Positions 61,979-64,000 of a stretch of DNA of 64,000 nt are shown here, piece after piece. The translations under genes were made by a program, and so were the position numbers. Origin of the DNA: Candidatus Bathyarchaeota archaeon (GTDB lineage Archaea > Thermoproteota > Bathyarchaeia > Bathyarchaeales > Bathycorpusculaceae). The notes below the pieces were generated by a model that saw only the letters and a list, made by a program, of their open reading frames with translations, was not told the origin of the DNA and ran no database searches. Positions within the stretch are counted from its first letter, which is position 1; each line of letters starts with the position of its first letter. The stretch is from positions 1 through 64,000 of the forward strand of contig CAWDYC010000007.1 of the NCBI GenBank assembly GCA_963806535.1. Reading direction: 5' to 3'.

Positions 61979-62992
61979 TTGGAACTGAAGGTTGAAAAAA
62001 CGAAACAAATTGACGAAACCGATTCCAAGATTCTAAATACACTTTTAACAGAATCACGCACAAGTTTCACTGAATTAGCCAAAATATGCGGCATATCCAT
62101 AACAGCAACAATAAGAAGGTATAATCGTTTAAAAAAAACAGGCATAATTTGTGGAGAAAACATGCACCTTAACCCTTTAAGTGTGGGTTACGAAAGCATA
62201 GCGGAAATCGGCATTATGACAGATTTAGCAGACAAAGAAAAAGCCGCACAAGCAATAAACAAGATACAATCCGTAAGAATTGAAACCTTCATCGAAAGCT
62301 CGTTAGGGAAATATAATATATATGGTCAGTTAAGGGCACGAAAACTAGATGAATTAATGCGACTAGTCCAAAGAATAGACATTAAACCATTTACAAAAAG
62401 TTTAGACATTTTAATTTTTGCTGATTTATGGAATAATCCTTGGCATCCAGAAAATCTTGTTGCTAAGCCGTCTGAATGGGAAAATTTTATTATAAGAACT
62501 AGAAAGTCAATACCCAATTTTGAACACGTAACCTTAGATGAGATAGACAAACGTATAATGAAAATGTTAATGGAAAATTCGCGGATAGCATTCAAAGACA
62601 TTGCAGAAAAAAATAAAATTTCAACAAAAAATGTTATTCAGAGATATCAATTTCTTCGAGAAAAAAATGTTCTCAATCTTTCAACAATATCAATTGATCT
62701 TTTCAAGATAGGTTATAATGCAATATTAGATATTTACATAAACGTCGACAACAGAGGACCCCTACATGAGGTCGAGACGCAATTACTTCAGACACCCAAT
62801 TTAGTCTTTTGCGCTAAATATGTTGGCGGAGCGTATGATCTTAGAGTAGCAATTATTCTATCGAATTTTAAGGACGTCTTTCGATTAAAAAAACGAATTA
62901 ATTCAATAGAAAACATCAGGAAAGCAGAATTCTATCTGCATGAAATTCCAGGTCCTTGGCCAACCGATATTTTAGGCCCAACTCTTTTGTAG
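61979..62992 (+). CDS. Lrp/AsnC-family regulator with two tandem HTH-RAM units
   Basis: IDETD.KIL..LL.ESR.SFTELAK.. and LDEIDKRIMKMLMENSRIAFKDIA; GKYN and GAYDL effector-domain motifs. Confidence 0.85.
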   Translation: MELKVEKTKQIDETDSKILNTLLTESRTSFTELAKICGISITATIRRYNRLKKTGIICGENMHLNPLSVGYESIAEIGIMTDLADKEKAAQAINKIQSVRIETFIESSLGKYNIYGQLRARKLDELMRLVQRIDIKPFTKSLDILIFADLWNNPWHPENLVAKPSEWENFIIRTRKSIPNFEHVTLDEIDKRIMKMLMENSRIAFKDIAEKNKISTKNVIQRYQFLREKNVLNLSTISIDLFKIGYNAILDIYINVDNRGPLHEVETQLLQTPNLVFCAKYVGGAYDLRVAIILSNFKDVFRLKKRINSIENIRKAEFYLHEIPGPWPTDILGPTLL

Positions 62993-63229
62993 GGAAATAA
63001 GTTTGCTGGCAACAGTCGGGTTGTTTTTTTGGTATGACAAGAAAGGTGCTGTGGTGCCATATTTGAAGTCTAAATGTTGAATAGTTGCCTGTTAAAAAAT
63101 CTTTCAATTTTTGAAACATAAATCTGATTTTCCCATAATTTCATCTCTGCAATCAAGAACACAATTGTGGCTTTTTGGCTTCCAGTCATTAAATGCAAAA
63201 AAGAAATAAGTGATAGAAAATAAATAGCG

Positions 63230-64000
63230 GCTGGGTCCGTAGAACGCCTAAACAAACAGACAAAAACATTTCAAGGATTCATTACGGCTGGATTTGCGCA
63301 ACCGGTGGATTAAGTTCACGATTCGTTTATGCAACAGCTGCGTCAACGCTGCCGCTAGTTTTGGTAGAAGTTGAAGGAGGGCTGGGAATATCGAATGCTC
63401 AAGCAGGAGCTATATCAGCCACGTACGGGGTCCTTTTCATTATTAGTGCTCTTTTCTGGGGAATATTAGCCGATAGAATAGGATTGAGGAAATCGTTAAC
63501 GATAGCTTGCCTAATTCTATCGATTGGAACATTAGGTATGGGAACAATAAATTCAACTGTTATGGGAATGGTATTTTATTCACTTATTGGATTCGCGGCT
63601 GGAGCACCAATAACTCTAAGCGCAATGCTCACGGGGGCATGGTTTGATAGACGCAGAAGAGGCATAGCACAAAGTTACATCAGCAGCACTGATTCTCTTT
63701 GGATGGCAATGTTGGGAATTACAGTACCAATAATCATGCTCATTTATGGTTGGAGAAATGTTTGGTACATATTAGGCGCAGTGAGTCTTGTCTTGTCTGG
63801 CATAGTATATGTCCTAATAAGAAATAATCCCAGAGAAAAGGGTCTATCTCCCTGTGGGTCACCATTGAAAGCGGCAGCCAACATTATAGAAGCAATTCCA
63901 CAAACAGTTCCTCAAGAACAAGTAAGGAGCAGAGATTTACTTAAAATGAGAATAACATGGCACCTAGGCACAATGTTTATTTTGACTGTTTTCATACTCA
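63230..64000 (+). CDS. MFS transporter; runs off the window end, start unclear
   Basis: Manual translation: RIHYGWI..., GILADRIGLRK (motif A), AWFDRRRRGIA, YGWRNVW..LG. Confidence 0.8.

Noticed and set aside
1583-63255. Numerous 60-140 aa ORFs antisense to or nested in the called genes
   Set aside because: They are shadow frames of well-supported genes and lack motifs.

Overview
Archaeal chromosomal DNA, most consistent with Bathyarchaeia. This is inferred from the group II chaperonin, the prefoldin-beta/DUF3194/DHH gene order, archaeal CobY/CobT/CobZ, and many secreted beta-propeller and beta-helix proteins with C-terminal anchors. Many genes, including housekeeping ones, are broken by single-base indels, most likely uncorrected long-read errors. 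Layout: (1) 1-3.2 kb rhodanese protein, thymidylate synthase, thermosome. (2) 3.3-7.7 kb small accessory island: a decayed integrase-like N-terminus, three surface-protein genes each preceded by the same TGACT-N6-AGTCAAGA palindrome plus promoter, a shared 17-bp downstream motif, and a decayed aspS 3' fragment. (3) 7.8-20 kb Sua5, GNAT, SGNH hydrolase with two AT3 acyltransferases, prefoldin, DHH, ECF module, EndoIV. (4) 20-24 kb cobamide nucleotide-loop genes. (5) 24-51 kb candidate tetraether-lipid building and tailoring cluster: Tes-family radical SAM, DGGGP-synthase-like UbiA, a Gms-like rSAM-SPASM, five B12-binding radical SAMs, five glycosyltransferases, an epimerase, a methyltransferase, divergent second copies of CobS/CobY/Dph6-like, plus CobD and CbiB. 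(6) 51-64 kb amidohydrolase, three large secreted PQQ/BamB-type propeller proteins, an rSAM-SPASM, a tandem Lrp regulator and a partial MFS transporter. No rRNA, tRNA or CRISPR array was recognised.
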